Assembly: GCA_963827275.1 (NCBI GenBank)
Contig: CAWHAA010000007.1
Location: 128,001 to 192,000 of the forward strand
Reading direction: 5' to 3'
Length of the DNA: 64,000 nucleotides
From: an uncultured Spirochaetota bacterium
Lineage (GTDB): Bacteria; Spirochaetota; UBA4802; UBA5550
The notes beneath the pieces were generated by a model. That model was given only the letters and a program-made list of their open reading frames with translations. It was not told the origin of the DNA and ran no database searches. Below, piece by piece: positions 59,168 to 64,000 of the stretch. The stretch's first letter is position 1. Each line of letters opens with the position of its first letter. Position numbers and translations under genes: made by a program.

Positions 59168-60300
59168 AGACAGTGAATGATATATCAGTGCTCATCGTCG
59201 CCGGCGGGACCGGCGGCCACATCAGCCCGGGCCTTGCCCTGTACGATGCGTTCCGCGGGGCAGGCGTTCGGACGCTCTTCCTCTCCGGGAAGCGGGACGC
59301 GCGCTTCTCATCGCTCGACGACGTGGCGCCGGAAGACCTTCACCTGTACCGGGCGCCCTCGTTTTCGAAGAGCCCGGTGCGGCTCGCCCTGTTCCCCGCC
59401 TCGTTCGGATCGGCGATGATGTCGGTGCGGAAATTGATCGGTAAAAACAACGTCCGCGCCGTCATCGGGATGGGCGGATACGTGTCGGCCCCGGCGCTGA
59501 TGGCGGCCAGGCTCATGAAGGTCCCCCTGTTCCTGTGCGAGCAGAACTCGGTCCCCGGCAAGGTGACAAAGTTTTTCGAGAAGGACGCGCGGAAGATCTA
59601 CGGTACGTTCCGCGGGGCAACGCACTACCTTAAATCAGGGGAGAAGTACCTCCTGGCGGGCAATCCGATCCGGAAGAAGGTCATGGTGGAATCATTCAAA
59701 GAAGACGCCCGGAAGGTCTTTCATCTCGGTCACAGCAAGCAGGTGATACTGGTGATCGGCGGGAGCCAGGGCGCGGTCAGGATCAACGATCTGATCTTCG
59801 GCATGAAGAAAGACTACCCGGATGACCTGAAGGGCGTCGGGATTATCTGGAGCACGGGCGATTTTTCATACCAGAAATACAAGGACAAGGTGAATAATGA
59901 GATTGACGCGGGGTCGATATACCTGTCGCCCTTTATCGATAAGGTGGGGCTGGCCTACCGGGCGGCCGATATCGCCGTGTCGCGGTCGGGCGCCGGCGTG
60001 ATGATGGAGCTGGCGGCGATGGGAGTGCCGTCGATCCAGATCCCGTATCCCCACGCGGCGGACGATCACCAGGACAAGAACGCGGACGAATTCGTCCAGG
60101 CGGGGGCCGCGGTCAAGATCAGCAATGACGACGCGGTTCCGGCGAAGGTCATGCCGGTGCTGCTTGACCTGCTGAACAATCCCCGGGCCCTCAAGAGGAT
60201 GTCGGACAAGGCGCTGGGTATCGCCATGGTGGACGCCGCGGAAACGATCGTGAATGATATTATGAAGGAGATCGGCGCGGGGAGCCCGCCCCTCCCTTGA
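59158..60300 (+). CDS. murG: Lipid II GlcNAc transferase
   Basis: GGTGGHISP, GGYVS, EQN, GNPIR, GGSQGA, SRSGA, HQDKNA. Confidence 0.96.
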   Translation: MAVKTVNDISVLIVAGGTGGHISPGLALYDAFRGAGVRTLFLSGKRDARFSSLDDVAPEDLHLYRAPSFSKSPVRLALFPASFGSAMMSVRKLIGKNNVRAVIGMGGYVSAPALMAARLMKVPLFLCEQNSVPGKVTKFFEKDARKIYGTFRGATHYLKSGEKYLLAGNPIRKKVMVESFKEDARKVFHLGHSKQVILVIGGSQGAVRINDLIFGMKKDYPDDLKGVGIIWSTGDFSYQKYKDKVNNEIDAGSIYLSPFIDKVGLAYRAADIAVSRSGAGVMMELAAMGVPSIQIPYPHAADDHQDKNADEFVQAGAAVKISNDDAVPAKVMPVLLDLLNNPRALKRMSDKALGIAMVDAAETIVNDIMKEIGAGSPPLP

Positions 60301-60373
60301 TGGGAGGGGAAGGGGGAGGGTGATACTATATAAACCACCCCCACCCCGGCCCTCCCCCGTCAAGGGGGAGGGG
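60289..60373. repeat. Inverted REP-like doublet between murG and murC
   Basis: Left unit cccctcccttgatgggaggggaagggggagggtg; right unit reverse complement cccctcccccttgacgggggagggccggggtgggggtg. Confidence 0.7.
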
Positions 60374-60393
60374 AAACTTGTACAGGAAAGTAT

Positions 60394-61774
60394 ATGTTCA
60401 GAAAGTCAAAGAAAATGCATTTTATCGGGATCGGCGGGATCGGGATGAGCGGCATCGCCGAGATCCTTATCAACCTCGGGTACGAGGTCTCCGGCTCGGA
60501 CCTGATGGAGTCGGAACAGACCAGGAGGCTCGCGTCAATGGGCGCGAAGGTCTTCATCGGGCATTCCCCGTCCAATATCGGCGACTACCACGTGGTGGTC
60601 ACCTCGAGCGCAATCAATCCCGTGTAACCCCGAGCTGATTGAGGCGCGCACGCGCCGCATCCCGGTGATCCACCGTTCGGAGATGCTGGCGGAGCTCGTG
60701 CGCATGAAGCACGGCATCGGCGTCGCCGGCACCCACGGCAAGACCACGATCACCTCCATGCTCTCCTACGTCCTCTTCCACGGCGGCATTAACCCGACCG
60801 CGGTGGTGGGCGGCAAGGTGCTCAATTTCAACACCAATGCGCGGGTCGGCGAGGGAGAATATATCGTGTTCGAGGCGGACGAATCGGACGGCTCCTTCCT
60901 GAAGCTCCTGCCCTGCATCGGCATTGTCTCCAACATCGACGCGGACCACCTCGATTACTACAAGTATTTCCAGGGGCTCAAGGACGCGTTCCTGACCTAT
61001 ATCAACAACATTCCCTTCTACGGCTATTCGGTGCTCTGCATCGACGACGTCACCCTGCGGGAGATACTCCCCGCCGTGGAGCGCCCCTATTACACCTACG
61101 GCACCTCGGAAGACGCGGATTTCAGGGCCGTCGATATCCGGATGGACTCGAGCGGCATGACCAGGTTCGGCTGCCTGTACCGGGGCGAGCGCCAGGGCGA
61201 CTTCGCGATACGGCAGATGGGGGCCCACAACGCGGTCAATGCGCTGTCGGTCATCGCGGTGGCCCAGGAGCTTGGCATTCCGCTCGATGGCATCAGGGAG
61301 GGGCTTGCCGAGTTCAAGGGCGTGGGCCGGCGGCTCGAGTTTATCGGTGAAACGGCGGGCGTGCGGGTGTACGACGATTACGGCCACCATCCCACCGAGG
61401 TCCGCGCCACGCTGGATGCGGTCAGGAGCCTGGGACGGCGGACCGTGGTCGTGTTCCAGCCGCACCGCTACACCAGGACGCAGCTCCTCTGGGACGATTT
61501 CGGCCAGTCCTTCGCGAACGCCGACGTCCTGTACCTGACCGAGATATATCCCGCGGGCGAAGCGCCCATCGAAGGGGTCTCGTCGCGCCTGATCCAGGAA
61601 GCGGTGGTAAAGCATGAAGGCCGGAGCGCCGAAATTATAACAAAGTTCGAGGAAATCCCCGGGGTCATCGCGTCGAAGGTCCGGGAAAATGACGTTGTGA
61701 TCACGCTGGGCGCGGGCGACATCCACAAGGCGGGCCCGCGCATCATAGATGAGATCATGAAGAGGACGCATTAA
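60394..61774 (+). CDS. murC: UDP-MurNAc--L-alanine ligase, one frameshift near 60623
   Basis: [54 protein letters not shown]. Confidence 0.96.
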
Positions 61775-61778
61775 CAGA

Positions 61779-62474
61779 ATGAAGGCGGTCATGACACATG
61801 CGGCGGTAATCGCAACCTGCCTGGCGGCGGCGGGCGGCATCGCGCTGGCCGGCGACGTGCGGAAGGTGAAGGCCGTCGATTTCAGGGGCCTGAAGCTCCT
61901 GTCGAAGTACGACCTGGTCCGCAACGTGCGTCTGAAGGCCGCGGATGACGGGATCGTGATCGACCTGGAATCGCTCGGCCGCGCCCTGGCGGGGAACCGC
62001 TTTATCAAGTCGTACCGGGTGGAGGAATCCGGCGGTCGGCTGATCGTGTCGGTTGCCGAAAAGAAGCCGGAGCTGGTCATGGCGGTGGAGCGGAAGGACG
62101 GGACCGCGCTGTACGAGCTTGACGCCGCGCATGCGGTCATATCAAAGAACTCCGTGCATACGGACCGCGTGCCGGTCCTGTGCCTCACCGGGGATGACAT
62201 GGCGGCCGATGCCGCGGACGGGCGCGTCAGGGACCTCTTCACGCTGCTCGGCAGGATCAAAAAAAGCCAGCCGTCGGTCTATGGCGAGCTTTCAGAGCTG
62301 CGCCTCGACGGGAAAGAGATACGGGTCACGCTGAAGGGGAGAAAAACCGATTTTATCATGAGGCCCCTTGAGCGGGATTTTATCAAGCTGCGGTATATCG
62401 CCGGCTATTGCGATCGCGCGGGCCGGTATCCGGATGAAATAAACCTGACCGGCGATGCGGTCATTGTCAGGTGA
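61779..62474 (+). CDS. ftsQ: FtsQ/DivIB-like protein (divergent)
   Basis: N-terminal hydrophobic helix, POTRA-like V.F.G...LS...L segment, V.V.EK.P; lies between murC and ftsA. Confidence 0.6.
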   Translation: MKAVMTHAAVIATCLAAAGGIALAGDVRKVKAVDFRGLKLLSKYDLVRNVRLKAADDGIVIDLESLGRALAGNRFIKSYRVEESGGRLIVSVAEKKPELVMAVERKDGTALYELDAAHAVISKNSVHTDRVPVLCLTGDDMAADAADGRVRDLFTLLGRIKKSQPSVYGELSELRLDGKEIRVTLKGRKTDFIMRPLERDFIKLRYIAGYCDRAGRYPDEINLTGDAVIVR

Positions 62475-62490
62475 CAACGAGGAGTTAAGT

Positions 62491-63721
62491 ATGGAAGAAC
62501 ATACTGGTCGGTCTGGACATCGGCACCACGAAGACCTGCGCGGTCATCGGGACCATGAATGACAACGGCATGGTCGAGGTGATCGGGGTGGGTGTGACGC
62601 CCTCCAGGGGCCTGAAGAACGGCGTCATCGTCAATATCGACAACACCACCTCGTCGATCGTAAAGGCCATCGACGAGGCGAGCTGATGGCCGGGTACGAG
62701 GTCGACTGACGTCATCGTCGGGTGTCAGCGGCCAGCACGTCAAGGGGCAGAATTCCCGCGGGCGTGGTCGCGGTGTCGAGCCGCAACAGGACCATACGCC
62801 ACGCAGGACGTGAAACGGGTCATCGAGGCGGCGCAGGCCGTCGTGATCCCGGTGGACCGCGAGATCCTCCATGTCCTGTCGAAGGAATTCTCGGTGGACG
62901 ACCAGATCGGCATCAAGGACCCCATCGGCATGAGCGGGGTGCGCCTCGAGGCCGAGGTCCATATCGTCACCGGGGCCACGTCGAGCATCCAGAACATGAT
63001 CAAGGCGGTGGAGAAGGCCGGGTTCCAGTACCGGGACATCGTCTTCAACCCGCTGGCGGCGGCCGACGCGGTGCTCTCCCGCGACGAGATGGAGCTGGGC
63101 GTGGCGCTCCTCGACATCGGCGGCGGCACCATCGACATCATCGTGTACCTCGAGGGCGGCGTCGCCTATTCGTCGGTGCTCTCGATCGGCGGGATACACG
63201 TCACCAACGACATATCGATCGGCCTGCGGACGCCCATCGAATCGGCGGAGCTCATCAAGAAGAAATACGGCTGCGCCGTGCTCGACCTGGTGGACCCGTC
63301 CGAGGTGGTCGAGGTCCCCTCCGTGGGCGGGCGCCCGCCCCGGAAGCTGCTCCGGCAGGAGCTCACCCAGATCATCGAGCCGCGGGTGGCGGAGATGATG
63401 GAGATGGTGGAGCACGAGCTCGTCGCTGTCCGGCAAGAAGGACATGCTTGCGGCCGGGATCGTGCTGACCGGCGGCGGCAGCATGCTTGACGGATCGATC
63501 GAGGCGGCCGAGCGCGTGTTCAACATGCCGGTCAGGATCGGCGTCGCCGCGCGAGATCGCCGGGCTCGCCGACCGTGTCGCCACGCCGCAGTTCGCAAAC
63601 GGGGTGGGGCTCTTGAAGTACGGGCTCAAGATGAGCCAGCTGCAGGGCCGGGAAGCTCACGCCGGAAAAGGGCGGAAATGTTTTCGGCAGATTAAAAAAA
63701 TGGATTGAAGAATATTTATAA
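62491..63721 (+). CDS. ftsA: Cell division protein FtsA, multiple frameshifts
   Basis: GLDIGTTK, GLKNGVIVNID, PIGMSGVRLEAEVHIV, DIGGGT, GG.HVTNDI, AELIK, VLTGGGS, terminal WIEEYL in shifting frames; AGGAG RBS. Confidence 0.93.
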
Positions 63722-63835
63722 GTATGCTGGAGTCTGTTCCGGTGAAAGGACGCCGGCACAAGACATTGTATTCATATTAACGCGGTCGACGAAACCATAT
63801 AGCGCAATGAGACATAATACCGAAGGGGGACCCAC

Positions 63836-64000
63836 ATGTTTAAACTAGAAGAAGAGAAGCCTTTAACCACGGTCATCAAGGTGGTCGGTGTCGGCGGCGC
63901 CGGGTGCAACGCGGTTAACAGGATGATCGCCACCGGCATGGAAGGCGTCGAGTTCATCGTGGCGAATACCGACGCCCAGCAGCTCAGGGACAGCCTTGCG
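63836..64000 (+). CDS. ftsZ: Cell division protein FtsZ, runs off window
   Basis: MFKLEEE...[18 protein letters not shown]...ANTDAQ. Confidence 0.96.
   Translation, partial: MFKLEEEKPLTTVIKVVGVGGAGCNAVNRMIATGMEGVEFIVANTDAQQLRDSLA

Noticed and set aside
28263..63721. Pseudogene calls for smc, uvrA, rsmH, murC and ftsA
   Set aside because: Single-base breaks with intact motifs on both sides, including essential genes; assembly error is far more likely

Overview
64-kb chromosomal segment of a GC-rich bacterium. The gene set points to an uncultured Spirochaetota lineage related to Leptospirales (inference from DUF1564-like, LipL45-like FecR, TPR-NHL-vWA and YihY-propeller genes, a short SMC and a DNPR-type MurE). 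Most of it is core genome: pepP-efp, malQ, an EF-G2-type fusA, rpsU, rarA, pyrE, smc, uvrA, pcm, tRNA-Gly(TCC) and a dcw cluster (mraZ to ftsZ) that lacks ftsI, murB and ddl. At least ten genes, several essential, are broken by single-base indels that look like long-read assembly errors. I saw no transposase, integrase, prophage or CRISPR array. The best candidate for an undescribed system is a three-gene minus-strand operon (40052-43463), partly hidden by frameshifts. It encodes an outer-membrane beta-barrel fused to a ~200-aa coiled coil and a 14-Cys domain, a MotA/TolQ/ExbB proton channel, and an ExbD/MotB-like membrane subunit carrying a MIDAS-intact vWA domain. Other leads: a catalytically dead CE7 esterase, an unannotated GT-A-like protein, two convergent lipoproteins sharing an Sm-like tail, a shared palindromic operator upstream of lipid genes, an acidic Zn-ribbon protein coupled to uvrA, a flagellin-like mini-protein and REP-like repeats. 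All calls come from motif reading; no searches were run.
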